Below, in pieces: positions 1 to 9,643 of a stretch of 64,000 nucleotides of DNA. The number at the start of each line of letters is the position of its first letter. Position 1 is the first letter of the stretch. The notes under the pieces were generated by a model, which was given only the letters and a program-made list of their open reading frames with translations, was not told where the DNA came from and made no database searches. Location of the stretch: NCBI GenBank assembly GCA_963736675.1, contig CAVTPT010000004.1, positions 448,815 to 512,814 of the forward strand, given 5' to 3'. The position numbers and the translations under genes were made by a program. This DNA is from an uncultured Bacteroidales bacterium. GTDB taxonomy: Bacteria; Bacteroidota; Bacteroidia; Bacteroidales; VadinHA17.

Positions 1-774
1 CATCTTCAGCAGGATGAGTGCGCTGCTCCTGAAAAATTAATTGGTTGTAAGGTTTTGACTGTTGATACCCCTGACGGGAAACTTACTGTCGAAATTATAG
101 CAAAGCACATGCATGGATTTGACTTTGAGCACCATGCCCAGCCCGGTATTGTTTCGGTTTCACAATCAACCGAATTGGGCACGGTATATACACCCGGGGA
201 GATAAGGCTTATAGCCGATTATGTCCACCGATACGGGCTTTATCTTCACATGGACGGGGCAAGGATAGCTAATGCTGCAGCTTCTCTTGACAGCTCTTTT
301 AAGGCCATTACAACTGATGCAGGCGTTGATGTATTATCGTTTGGCGGGACCAAGAACGGGATGATGCTTGGTGAGGCGGTCTGTTTCTTAAGGCCCGGAC
401 TTTCGGGCAATTTTAAATATATCAGGAAACAGGGGATGCAGCTTGCTTCCAAAATGAGGTACATCTCGGCCCAGTATATTGCTTATTTCAGGAATGATCT
501 CTGGAAGCATTGTGCTTCACATTCAAATCATATGGCAAAGATTCTTGCTACAGGGCTGGAGAAGATAGAAGAGGTAAGAATAGTCCAGGAGGTTCAGTCG
601 AACGGCGTTTTTGTGATGATACCACACGATTTAGCTGAACGGATAAGAAGTACTTTCTTTTTCTATCCGTGGGATGAGGAGAGATCGGAGTATCGGCTGA
701 TGACAAGCTGGGATACAACTGAGGAGGATATCGGGCAGTTTATAGGACTTCTTCAGAAAGAGATCCGGAGATAG
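1..774 (+). CDS. ltaE: low-specificity L-threonine aldolase, C-terminal part (5' end outside window)
   Basis: Frame 1 is open from base 1. The listed start at 55 is an internal TTG. The translation has a PLP aldolase-like core including the SFGGTKNG lysine motif, then HMDGARIANAAASL. Confidence 0.8.
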   Translation, partial: HLQQDECAAPEKLIGCKVLTVDTPDGKLTVEIIAKHMHGFDFEHHAQPGIVSVSQSTELGTVYTPGEIRLIADYVHRYGLYLHMDGARIANAAASLDSSFKAITTDAGVDVLSFGGTKNGMMLGEAVCFLRPGLSGNFKYIRKQGMQLASKMRYISAQYIAYFRNDLWKHCASHSNHMAKILATGLEKIEEVRIVQEVQSNGVFVMIPHDLAERIRSTFFFYPWDEERSEYRLMTSWDTTEEDIGQFIGLLQKEIRR

Positions 775-832
775 TACCGTCAATGCCTGGTCCGAACCTG
801 GCTGATGAGGGAAAATAAAGAGGACAGGAGCA

Positions 833-872
833 AAAAAAATGAAGGCCGGATCATGCGATCCGGCCTTTTTCT
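833..872. terminator. bidirectional rho-independent terminator between ltaE (+) and tonB (-)
   Basis: Perfect 11-bp stem AAGGCCGGATC (842-852) / GATCCGGCCTT (857-867) with loop ATGC. An A-run lies upstream and a T-run downstream, so it can work on either strand. Confidence 0.65.
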
Positions 873-888
873 ATAGTAATAAAATGAT

Positions 889-1674
889 TTATTTAAGCGT
901 AAAGTTGATTGGTACCTGGTACCATACAGGAACCGGTACCCCGCCCTGTTTACCTGGCTTAAACGTAGGAAGCGTGTTTACAACCCTGATGGCTTCTGCA
1001 TCAAGTTCCGGATCAACACTCTTAAGAACGGAAACCTGGCTTACACCACCTTTGGCTGTCACACAAAATTGCACAATTACTTTACCCTGAATGTTATTTT
1101 CCTTTGCTACTTCAGGATAGTTGGCATGTTCGTAGATATACTTCAGAAGTTCTTCCTGTCCACCCGGGAACATGGGCATCTCTTCTACTATTACAAATGG
1201 TGTTGCTTCAGCTTCGTCTTCCTGAACTTCTTCCTGTACTTCCTCTATTACTGCAATCTCATCAACATCCCTGTCAACTACGGTGGCAATTGCCTGGTCA
1301 GCAGTCATAAGCTGAACAACGTCTTCAGGTTTTATTGAGTCAACGACAACAGGAGGAACATATGGTGCAACAGTCGTCTCTGTCGGAGGAGGAGGTGGTG
1401 GAGGAGGAGCAGCGATAGCTTCTGTCGGCTGATCAAGGTTCTCCATTATTATCTCAACCTGTTGCTCAGTACGATCCGTTTTGGTTCTCACTGCAGCTTT
1501 GGCATTCAGGTAGGGCGTGATAACAGCCGTACCAAATGCAATAACTGCAATAAGAATAGCAATCAGTACATTACGACTGTACTTTTTACGTAGTCTGTAA
1601 GCTCCGTACTCCTTATTCCTCAACTCGAATACGATCTCGTCAAAGGCAGGGGCTTTAAATGTTTCTTTTGCCAT
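889..1674 (-). CDS. tonB: energy transducer TonB
   Basis: Single N-terminal TM (NVLIAILIAVIAFGTAVI), a PPPPPPPP spacer, and a C-terminal TonB-like domain (MPMFPGGQEELLKYI...NNIQGKVIVQF...KPGKQGG). Start moved to the ATG at 1674 (MAKETF), because the longer ORF overlaps exbD. Confidence 0.85.
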   Translation of the reverse strand: MAKETFKAPAFDEIVFELRNKEYGAYRLRKKYSRNVLIAILIAVIAFGTAVITPYLNAKAAVRTKTDRTEQQVEIIMENLDQPTEAIAAPPPPPPPPTETTVAPYVPPVVVDSIKPEDVVQLMTADQAIATVVDRDVDEIAVIEEVQEEVQEDEAEATPFVIVEEMPMFPGGQEELLKYIYEHANYPEVAKENNIQGKVIVQFCVTAKGGVSQVSVLKSVDPELDAEAIRVVNTLPTFKPGKQGGVPVPVWYQVPINFTLK

Positions 1675-1694
1675 CTTCTTTAAAGGTTTACGGG

Positions 1695-2357
1695 TTAATT
1701 GGCCGAAGCTGTTGATGGTGTTATACCAGCAGCATTTTGGACCATAATTTCTTCGTACCAGGCGATATCCATAAATGTATAACGTGCAATTCCACATATA
1801 TTCATCTCATCGAGGATATCGACAAAGTTACCATAATTAGCTTCTTTGTAAGCTTTTATGAGCACAATAGGACCAGTGTCATCTTCTGTTTTCAATCTGC
1901 TTATGGAAGCCTGAACTGAATCCTGTGGTATTCGGATTTTCCCCTCAAGGACCTGTTGTTCAAAGTCGTTGATTTTTCTGAAAAGAGTTTTGTTCCTATC
2001 CAGTAGCAAAGCACGAACACCGTCAGCACTGTAACTGAGTTCCGTTACAGGCGGCAGATTTTCATAGTCTTCTGCATCTACTCCACCGGGATACCAATAT
2101 ACCTTATCATTGGGACCGAGGATCAGGTTCACAGTACGGCTTGCTGAGATCTTTGGAGGTGCCTGGTTCGGATCTTTGATCTTCTCAGGAAGCGTAATTT
2201 CCATAATCTTGGATTTACTCAGAGATGTCGTCAGCATAAAAAATGTTATCAATAACATCATCAGGTCCACCATAGGAGTCATGTCCATATGCGGGAGGAT
2301 CTTCTTCGCCTTTTTCTTCCCTCCTTCGCCTTTTTCCGCTTGAATTATTTCTGCCAT
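1695..2357 (-). CDS. exbD: ExbD/TolR-family biopolymer transport protein (long form)
   Basis: The N-terminal DMTPMVDLMMLLITFFML motif is typical of ExbD/TolR. It sits between tonB and a second exbD. Confidence 0.85.
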   Translation of the reverse strand: MAEIIQAEKGEGGKKKAKKILPHMDMTPMVDLMMLLITFFMLTTSLSKSKIMEITLPEKIKDPNQAPPKISASRTVNLILGPNDKVYWYPGGVDAEDYENLPPVTELSYSADGVRALLLDRNKTLFRKINDFEQQVLEGKIRIPQDSVQASISRLKTEDDTGPIVLIKAYKEANYGNFVDILDEMNICGIARYTFMDIAWYEEIMVQNAAGITPSTASAN

Positions 2358-2358
2358 G

Positions 2359-2994
2359 TTACTGTTGTATTTCGTCTAGGTTTATTTTTACTGCTTCAAG
2401 GCTGGTAACCAGATTAAACCTGCTCACAAGTCTATCCTGAAGTATATCAAGGACTTGTTTAACAACCGGAAAATCAGTATTGGAGTCTCCTTTTATGGTA
2501 GCCTTGACAGCAGGATTTACCTGCCGGGTATAGAGTATCCACATTGTCAGCTGATTATCAGTTGAATCCATTGGAATCCCTGTTTCCATTTCTCTCCTTG
2601 CGGCAGCATCAGCACTTAAAAATGCTTTCATCTGCTGAATTGGAACCCCGATCGGAGAAGGATATTTCTCAAACAATGCTAATTCGTCTTCGGTAAACTG
2701 AATGTTGTACAGATTCCCCATTTCCTGGAGAATCTTTCTTCTGAACTGATATGAAGTATCAGGTCCGTTATCAACATTAAAAAATACTTTACCGTCATCG
2801 GAGAGTAGAAAAGTCATCGAATTAAAATCAGGTGTAGGTGTTTCTGATATAGAAAAAGGCATATCAACATTGGCCGGTTCCGGTGACCTCATCTGTGATG
2901 TTAACAAAAGAAATATCAATATCACAGCGAAAGTGTCAACCATCGGCGTCATGTCGATTCTTGGCGATTTTGTCGGTAATTTAATCTTTGGCAT
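2359..2994 (-). CDS. exbD: ExbD/TolR-family biopolymer transport protein
   Basis: IDMTPMVDTFAVILIFLLL motif. Its stop lies 1 nt from the start of the next exbD. Confidence 0.85.
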   Translation of the reverse strand: MPKIKLPTKSPRIDMTPMVDTFAVILIFLLLTSQMRSPEPANVDMPFSISETPTPDFNSMTFLLSDDGKVFFNVDNGPDTSYQFRRKILQEMGNLYNIQFTEDELALFEKYPSPIGVPIQQMKAFLSADAAARREMETGIPMDSTDNQLTMWILYTRQVNPAVKATIKGDSNTDFPVVKQVLDILQDRLVSRFNLVTSLEAVKINLDEIQQ

Positions 2995-3037
2995 TACTGT
3001 TTTTGATTAAATGATTAATCCAAAGGACAAATCAAAG

Positions 3038-3856
3038 TTATGCATTCTTTAATGATGCAGCAAAATTCTGTGTCAGGCTGAAACCAGCTTCGTCAATCTT
3101 GAATGTATAAGCATCAATTGTTGACGAGAAATAGTTAAAGGCAAGAATTGAAAGTGTTGATCCTGTGATACCGAAAGCAGTATTAACAAGAGCTTCGGAG
3201 ATACCTTGTGAAAGTGCAAGGGCATCAGGTGCACCTGACTGGGCAAGAGCTGCGAAAGCACGGATCATACCAAGAACTGTTCCGATAAGACCTATAAGCA
3301 CTGATACAGAAGCAAGAGTGGAGAAAATAACCATGTTTTTTGAAAGCATCGGCAGCTCAAGAGCAGTAGCTTCTTCAAATGATTTCTGAATTGACAGGAT
3401 CTTCTGGTCTTTTTCCAGTTCTTTGTCCTTCTGAAGATCACGGTAACGTGACAGCCCTGCCTTCATAACATTTGCAAGCGAACCTTTTTGATTATCACAT
3501 ACTTCCAAAGCTTCTTCAATCTTATCCTCTGCAAGAAGACTCTGAAGTTTTCTGACAAATACATTTAACCTGCTTTTTCCTTTTGCTCTGGAAAGGGTTA
3601 TAATTCTTTCAATAACAAAGATAATAAGTGTCAGCACACAGGTCATAAGAACCGGTACTATAAAACCACCTTTATAAATAATGCCAAGGTAGTTTCCCTC
3701 CAGCGCCTGACCTTCCGGATTACCTCCCTCAAAATTAACCGTGTTACCCATTACATTGACGAACAATAGATAGGATACCACAAAAGCTATTAAAATAGCA
3801 CTTGCTGCAAAAACGTTTTGCAACGCATCTTTGAACGAACTTCCTTGTTTACTCAT
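3038..3856 (-). CDS. exbB: MotA/TolQ/ExbB proton-channel protein
   Basis: Three TM segments and the conserved C-terminal GLIGTVLGMIRAF...ISEALVNTAFG motif of ExbB/TolQ. Confidence 0.9.
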   Translation of the reverse strand: MSKQGSSFKDALQNVFAASAILIAFVVSYLLFVNVMGNTVNFEGGNPEGQALEGNYLGIIYKGGFIVPVLMTCVLTLIIFVIERIITLSRAKGKSRLNVFVRKLQSLLAEDKIEEALEVCDNQKGSLANVMKAGLSRYRDLQKDKELEKDQKILSIQKSFEEATALELPMLSKNMVIFSTLASVSVLIGLIGTVLGMIRAFAALAQSGAPDALALSQGISEALVNTAFGITGSTLSILAFNYFSSTIDAYTFKIDEAGFSLTQNFAASLKNA

Positions 3857-3894
3857 TTTTATCTATTTGTTTAGGTTTAAGATTTTACGATTTG

Positions 3895-3902
3895 CAAATA
3901 TA
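3895..3902 (-). promoter_or_regulatory. candidate Bacteroidota -7 promoter box (TATATTTG on - strand)
   Basis: Matches the TAnnTTTG consensus and lies about 39 nt upstream of the exbB ATG, in an AT-rich spacer. Motif match only. Confidence 0.3.
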
Positions 3903-4044
3903 AATGTTTTCAATTATTTTTTCCAATAATGAATAAAATTAAGTTGTTTTTTTCTTTTCTAAGGTCACAATCTATTTAAAGACCTTTAAATCATTATGAA
4001 CCCTATGTAATTTATTATTATTTTAAATATTATTCTATAATTTA

Positions 4045-6342
4045 TTATTTGCTCAGGGAAACATTATAAACTCTTGATTTTGTTACCGGTATCTCCTGTG
4101 ACTGGTAACCCTTCGCGCTGATAATAAGGATCTCTGATGACTGAGGTATCTCAAATTTATATTCACCTTTCTGATTAGTGAGGTTCTCGGCCGCTGTATC
4201 CTTAACCCTTATCGATGCATATGCAATCGGCTGTCCGGTACCGGAATCCGTAACAACACCCTTGATCTCATTGGGATTGATGCCTTTTTTGACTGAGGCT
4301 ATATAGGTCTGGACATAGCTCAGCGAGTTTTTTGCTGCCTGGTTCGAAGGATCAATTGCAAGTATTTTGTTATAGTAATCATTTGATTTTGCCAGGTACG
4401 CCAGCTTCCCTTCAAGGGTTTTTTCAAGGCCGGCAGCAGAAATTTCAAGACTTCCCAGACCGTTGTATCCGGTTATTTTATAATCCTTGTTATTGGGAGT
4501 GAGATTGACCATCCGGTTATAATAATTCCTGGCAGCCGTACTATTGCCGTTTTCCATATGATAGTAGGCGAGATAGGAAAATGATTCCATCATTTCACCT
4601 GCATTTTTTATTGAGTCAGTTTTGGCCACATCCACAATTTTTTCAAACTTGGGTCTTGCAAGTCCTAATTTGGCGTCAGGGTCCATTTGTGAATATACAC
4701 GGGCAATATAAACATGAGCAGGCAGATACCCTGGTGTTTTCTTTGTAACAATGCTGAAGATTGAGTCGGCACTCTTATATACGCCTGAGTTATAGTAAGC
4801 TCTTCCAACCTGCATATATTCAGCAGTGTTATCCTCTTTTGAAGGATCTATAAGTTTTCCCCACGATTTTGCAGCTCCGTCATACCTTCTGAAGTTATAA
4901 TAACTTACTGCCATCTCGTTTAATATCGACTTTTCATAGGCAGTCAGCGGAGATGTATCACCGGGTTTCCGGTCGAAATTCAGTGCCTTTTCATATTCTT
5001 TAAAGCCTCTGTCAATTTCAGCTTCGGCTTTTGCCACAGCATTTGTGAGATCAGCTACCTTACCTGTCAGTTCATCAAGGCTCGCTTTGTTCTTAGCTTT
5101 TTCTGCTGCTGTCGAACTGTTATATCTCGATTTCTCCCTGTCAAGCTGCTGCTTAAGAGTAGCAAGTTCATCAACCTTTTTTGGATAATCCTGATTTATT
5201 GTCAGAAGTATCCTGGCCATGTAGTGGTAGTCTTTTTTAATTATACTCTCAGGCGCTAATGTTTTGAACAGAGTCTCCATATACGAAAGGGCCTTGTTAT
5301 AATCGGGATTCTCTTTTTCAAAACTTGAATAGCCGGCGATACGGTTCAGGTATGTCCTTGACTTATCAACTACAAGGATCTCTTCAACAGAGGTAATGAC
5401 TTCTTCGTAATCCTTTGCATAGAAAAGGGAGGTCACATATCTTATTTTAGCTGGTATATTACCTGCTGTGAGTTCAAGATACTTTTTGTAATTCTCCTTT
5501 GAGAGTTCAAGCCTGCGGGCCTGCCAGTAAAGCTGGCCAAGCTCCCTGTAAGCAGGTGCATACGAAGGATCGAGACTTATTGCCTCCTCAAAGAACGGGA
5601 TAGCCTGCTGCAATACCTTGGCCCTGACATACACATAACCGATCTTCATATTGGCTGTCGGCGACTTGGGATCATAGTACTGAGCCATGTTATAGTTCTT
5701 AATGGCGTTCGATCCGTCTGAAATAATCATATAAATGTCACCGGCTATCAGAAAAATATCAGGATTTTTCGAATCGATAGTCATAGCCTTCCTTATTAAT
5801 GGCAATGCCAGTGAAGTATCGACGCTGTTATCCTTGATATAAGATTCAGCGATCTTGGCCAGAATAAATGCATAATCACGGGCAGGAGGGCTCATTTTTT
5901 TGATATTCTTATAGGGCAGTAAAAAACTTTTGGCTTTTTCCCTCATCGCATTGGCCGTATTGTTATCTCCAAGATAGGAGGCAACCTTTGCCAGCCCTAT
6001 ATAGTTCAAAGGCTCATTAGGATTGGTATCGACTCCTTTCTGATAAATATCTTTTGCTTCTTTCGTTGCTACAGTCAGTGAATTAGATATTGTATCGGCA
6101 AAATAGTTGAGAAGATAATTCTCTCCGTAATAAAAGTAATTTTTTGCGTTGGCAGGTTCTTTCTGTATTAGTTGCAGATAAATTTCCTGGGCTTTATCAT
6201 ACTGTTCGCTTTTTGTCAGAAGTATTCCGTTGCTCAGGTCCTGGGCCTGAAGATTACCGCTCAGCAAAACAGAAATTAATACTGCCAGCATAAAAACCGG
6301 ACTTAAAATTGAACGTTTCATAGCTTTCTTATTTGATATCAA
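4045..6342 (-). CDS. secreted TPR-repeat protein with C-terminal CarboxypepD_reg-like beta-sandwich
   Basis: Signal peptide (FMLAVLISVLLSGNLQAQ). Many TPR-like units (AxxYYxxG / A..Y..LG patterns). The C-terminus GVVTDSGTGQPIAYASIRV...GEYKFEI...ISAKGY is typical of carboxypeptidase-regulatory-like domains. Confidence 0.7.
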   Translation of the reverse strand: MISNKKAMKRSILSPVFMLAVLISVLLSGNLQAQDLSNGILLTKSEQYDKAQEIYLQLIQKEPANAKNYFYYGENYLLNYFADTISNSLTVATKEAKDIYQKGVDTNPNEPLNYIGLAKVASYLGDNNTANAMREKAKSFLLPYKNIKKMSPPARDYAFILAKIAESYIKDNSVDTSLALPLIRKAMTIDSKNPDIFLIAGDIYMIISDGSNAIKNYNMAQYYDPKSPTANMKIGYVYVRAKVLQQAIPFFEEAISLDPSYAPAYRELGQLYWQARRLELSKENYKKYLELTAGNIPAKIRYVTSLFYAKDYEEVITSVEEILVVDKSRTYLNRIAGYSSFEKENPDYNKALSYMETLFKTLAPESIIKKDYHYMARILLTINQDYPKKVDELATLKQQLDREKSRYNSSTAAEKAKNKASLDELTGKVADLTNAVAKAEAEIDRGFKEYEKALNFDRKPGDTSPLTAYEKSILNEMAVSYYNFRRYDGAAKSWGKLIDPSKEDNTAEYMQVGRAYYNSGVYKSADSIFSIVTKKTPGYLPAHVYIARVYSQMDPDAKLGLARPKFEKIVDVAKTDSIKNAGEMMESFSYLAYYHMENGNSTAARNYYNRMVNLTPNNKDYKITGYNGLGSLEISAAGLEKTLEGKLAYLAKSNDYYNKILAIDPSNQAAKNSLSYVQTYIASVKKGINPNEIKGVVTDSGTGQPIAYASIRVKDTAAENLTNQKGEYKFEIPQSSEILIISAKGYQSQEIPVTKSRVYNVSLSK

Positions 6343-6405
6343 TTATTGTAATTATTTATTTATTCTTAACAAATTTTAAACTCAAGATCCCGTTCACAGT
6401 ACACC

Positions 6406-7443
6406 CTATTGTTTTATCTGCACCAGCCTTATGGGCATTGTTGCCGGTACAAGGCCGGATTTTAATACAATCCTTTGTCCCTTTTCGCCGGTAGCAAACT
6501 GAATAAAGCCGGTTCCGAGGCCTGCAAATGTTTCTCTCGAAACAAAATATATCTCCCTTACAAACGGATAGGATCTGTCATATATCGATCCCTGGTAAGG
6601 CCTGTAATATGTTCCGTCATCAAATAACTCCTGTGAAATGGCAAGTACATTAACTTTGTCGATAAAACTCATACTAAGGGAATCATCTTTGTCGCTTATC
6701 CAGTTCACACTTATTATTCCCATAGCATCAGGGTTCCTTGAAACAAAATCCACAACCTCTGCATTGGATTCGACTGCATAAAAATTCTCGCCAAGATCCT
6801 CTTTTATTTCAAACAACTCTTTAAAATATCTGATATTCCCCGATTTTGTGTTGTCAAAAATAACACTTATTTCATTACGATTTGATTTTGGATTAATATC
6901 CTTCCAGTTTCTTATCCTGCCCAGAAAAATATCCCTTATACTATTATATTTTATAAGCGAATCTTTATTTTCCTTGTTTGTAATAAGTGCCAGTGCATCC
7001 CAGGCGAAGGCGGTTGTGCGAGCAACAATCAGTGAATCACGAAGATACTGGATCTGGTCTTCGGTAAGTTTTCTGCTCGTAACGATTACCTTTACCGAAT
7101 CATTCATAAAATCATTAACAATATCAACCTCGGGTTTATAGGTAGCCCTGACCTTTGCGTTCTGATACAACTGGGTAAAAGTAAAAACCTCAGTATCTAT
7201 AAGAAGCTGGAAAGATTCATCAGCCATTATTTTTATGTTACCGCGGGTTGGGGTCTCATTAAGCTTTGTGCCGCCGTTATTACATGAGACCATCACCAGT
7301 AATAAAATTATTGGAATCAGGCTTTTACCTGAGATAATGATGCTATTATTTAGTTTTACCAAAGTCTCCCCGGTTTCAGATAATAGGTTTTGGAACGCAA
7401 TAATAATCAAATTCCGGTTATCTTTTACATTGCTCATGGTCAT
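6406..7443 (-). CDS. PstS-like periplasmic substrate-binding (PBP) lipoprotein
   Basis: Lipobox-like LLLVMVSC. PBP-like_2 features (GNIKIMADESF..., TSRKLT, GIISVNW, SGLVP). No pstCAB genes are adjacent. The start codon is uncertain. Confidence 0.6.
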   Translation of the reverse strand: MTMSNVKDNRNLIIIAFQNLLSETGETLVKLNNSIIISGKSLIPIILLLVMVSCNNGGTKLNETPTRGNIKIMADESFQLLIDTEVFTFTQLYQNAKVRATYKPEVDIVNDFMNDSVKVIVTSRKLTEDQIQYLRDSLIVARTTAFAWDALALITNKENKDSLIKYNSIRDIFLGRIRNWKDINPKSNRNEISVIFDNTKSGNIRYFKELFEIKEDLGENFYAVESNAEVVDFVSRNPDAMGIISVNWISDKDDSLSMSFIDKVNVLAISQELFDDGTYYRPYQGSIYDRSYPFVREIYFVSRETFAGLGTGFIQFATGEKGQRIVLKSGLVPATMPIRLVQIKQ

Positions 7444-7528
7444 TAAATTTTGTCGGTTATAAACATTTTACTGTAAGTATAACAACAAAGTACATGCCAA
7501 GCATGATAAACAGAGGACACAAATCATT

Positions 7529-7762
7529 TCAATCTTCATCCTTGTTTTTAGTAAAGAACAACTCGACAATTTTAAAATAAGTCCTGAATGCCCTGTATAA
7601 GCCGTATAAGATGAATGATGATCCAACGATGACCCTGATTGGCTTATCAAGATTTCCCAGATTAAAAAAGAAAACCAGGTAAACTCCGATGCCCAGATAG
7701 AAGATCACCATCAGAAGGCTGAAAATGGCAGTTATCTGCTCCAATGTCCTGTTATCATTCAT
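7529..7762 (-). CDS. small two-TM membrane protein
   Basis: 77-aa ORF with two hydrophobic helices. No family recognised. Confidence 0.4.
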   Translation of the reverse strand: MNDNRTLEQITAIFSLLMVIFYLGIGVYLVFFFNLGNLDKPIRVIVGSSFILYGLYRAFRTYFKIVELFFTKNKDED

Positions 7763-7857
7763 CCTTGCTCTTTTTGGTTGTCAAATAAACGAATTATCAT
7801 AATACTTTCAAAAAAAAATAAAGTTTTCTTTCCTTAAAAAATCATAACAGGGATAAT

Positions 7858-9078
7858 CTATCTATATAAAAGTGAACTATCTCCGTAACTCAGGAACCTG
7901 AAATCGTTTTCCATGGCATAACTGTAGATTTTTTTCCATCCGTTTCCCACCCAGGCCGACACAAGCAGAAGAAGAGTGCTGCCCGGTTGATGGAAGTTTG
8001 TTATGAGACCTCCGGTCATTTTAAAATCATACCCGGGGACTATAATGATACTTGTTGAACCATGCAGGTAACCGATACCTCTTTCATCCATGGCTGATAA
8101 AAGTGCTTTGAGAGACTGATCAGGAGATATGTCCATGGTTTGATCGTAAGGTTCCCATTGCCCTACCGTAAAACAATTTTCAGTTTTGTTTTCTCCCTTC
8201 AATATTTTTACTCCCATCCAGTAAAGACTTTCAATAGTTCTTACGGATGTAGTACCGACAGCAATGATTCTGCCGTAATTATTCATCAGGGAAGCTATAT
8301 TTTCTCTTGTGATAAAGAAATGTTCGCAGTGCATTTCGTGATCTGTTATATTCCCTGATTTTACAGGTTTGAATGTACCGGCTCCTACATGGAGTGTGAC
8401 TTCGGTTTTATTTACTCCTTTCTGTGCCAGCTTATCAAGAACCCCGGCTGTAAAATGCAATCCCGCAGTAGGGGCAGCTACCGATCCGCTGATTGACGAA
8501 TAGACCGTCTGGTAAGCTACTGCATCTTCGAGCCTGTCGCCACGGTTAATATAGGGTGGGAGCGGGATATGTCCCGCCAGTTCGATCACTTCACCAAAAC
8601 TCAGTTCATTGCAATCCCACGAGAGTCTTATCCTCCATGCCTCTTCGCCTTCGGGCCTGATCTTTTCGGCATGCAGAGCAACAGGTCTGCCCCTGAAGGC
8701 AAAGCTGGTGATTATGGTCCCGGTTTTCCATTTCTTCAGGTTTCCAATAATACATTTCCATTCTACAGGCTTTAGGGAGGCGAACGATTCTCCGTAATCT
8801 GCCGGACCGACAGGTTCCAGACAGAATACCTCAATATTGGCACCTGACTCCTTCCGGAACAACAACCGCGCCCTTATCACACGGGTATTGTTAAACACAA
8901 GCAACGAACCTGAAGGAATATGGTCATCAATATTTCTGAAAACGTCCGAAGATATCTCCCCTTTGTCGTACAGGAGCAGTTTTGAAGTATCTCTTACATT
9001 TACGGGAAACTGGGCAATTCTCTCTTCAGGCAGATGGTAATTATATTCACTCAGATCAATATCAAACATCTTTTCCAT
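7858..9078 (-). CDS. queA: S-adenosylmethionine:tRNA ribosyltransferase-isomerase
   Basis: DLSEYNYHLPEERIAQFP N-terminus and the LPPYI and TAGLHFT motifs. Start placed at the ATG at 9078 (MEKMFDIDL); the ATG at 9069 is also possible. Confidence 0.9.
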   Translation of the reverse strand: MEKMFDIDLSEYNYHLPEERIAQFPVNVRDTSKLLLYDKGEISSDVFRNIDDHIPSGSLLVFNNTRVIRARLLFRKESGANIEVFCLEPVGPADYGESFASLKPVEWKCIIGNLKKWKTGTIITSFAFRGRPVALHAEKIRPEGEEAWRIRLSWDCNELSFGEVIELAGHIPLPPYINRGDRLEDAVAYQTVYSSISGSVAAPTAGLHFTAGVLDKLAQKGVNKTEVTLHVGAGTFKPVKSGNITDHEMHCEHFFITRENIASLMNNYGRIIAVGTTSVRTIESLYWMGVKILKGENKTENCFTVGQWEPYDQTMDISPDQSLKALLSAMDERGIGYLHGSTSIIIVPGYDFKMTGGLITNFHQPGSTLLLLVSAWVGNGWKKIYSYAMENDFRFLSYGDSSLLYR

Positions 9079-9177
9079 TTGTATTACGCAGGCAGAGCGA
9101 TCCTTGCCGGTAATTATTCTGCCAGGCAAAAATAGAAATAATTAAGGTTTCTCCTCTTTATTATTTATCTTTGTATC

Positions 9178-9565
9178 GCAGCTGGCTGTTCCATCGTCCA
9201 GGTTTTCCGTCAGGAAAAGCTGGAAGGAAAGTCCGGGCAACACAGAGCACCATACTTCCTAACGGGAAGATATCCGCGAGGGTATTGTAATGTAACAGAA
9301 AATGACCTCCCCGGTATAAAAGCCGGGGGAAGGGTGAAAAGGTGAGGTAAGAGCTCACCGGTCGTGATGGCGACATTGCGAGCCGTACATCTTATGGGTT
9401 GAAAGGCCATGTATACCGGCGCACTGGGCTGCTCGTCCAATGCCGGGGGGTAGGCTGTATGATCCGGTCAGCAATGACCGGACGAGATAAATGATGGAAA
9501 ACGGTCCCAATTTCTCTTGCAGAAGCCGGGACCGTGACAGAATCCGGCTTACAGGCCAGCTGCTT
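9178..9565 (+). ncRNA. rnpB: RNase P RNA, bacterial type A
   Basis: Conserved P4 halves GGAAAGTCCGGGC (9226-9238) and ACAGAATCCGGCTTA (9537-9551). Perfect 9-bp P1 closure GCAGCTGGC (9178-9186) / GCCAGCTGC (9555-9563). A terminator follows. Confidence 0.9.
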
Positions 9566-9573
9566 ACAAATAA

Positions 9574-9608
9574 AAAGAAGAAACGGGCATTCCGCCCGTT
9601 TCTTCTTT
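9574..9608. terminator. bidirectional terminator hairpin (rnpB + / lolA-like gene -)
   Basis: 15-bp stem AAAGAAGAAACGGGC / GCCCGTTTCTTCTTT with loop ATTCC. The A/T runs are built into the stem flanks. Confidence 0.7.
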
Positions 9609-9643
9609 TCTGATCATTAAGCCTGTATCAACAATCAATTCAA

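Noticed and set aside
9161-9440. ORFs of 71 and 76 aa on the - strand
   Set aside because: They lie entirely inside the RNase P RNA gene, which has conserved P4 motifs and P1 pairing on the + strand. They are GC-rich structural RNA read as protein.
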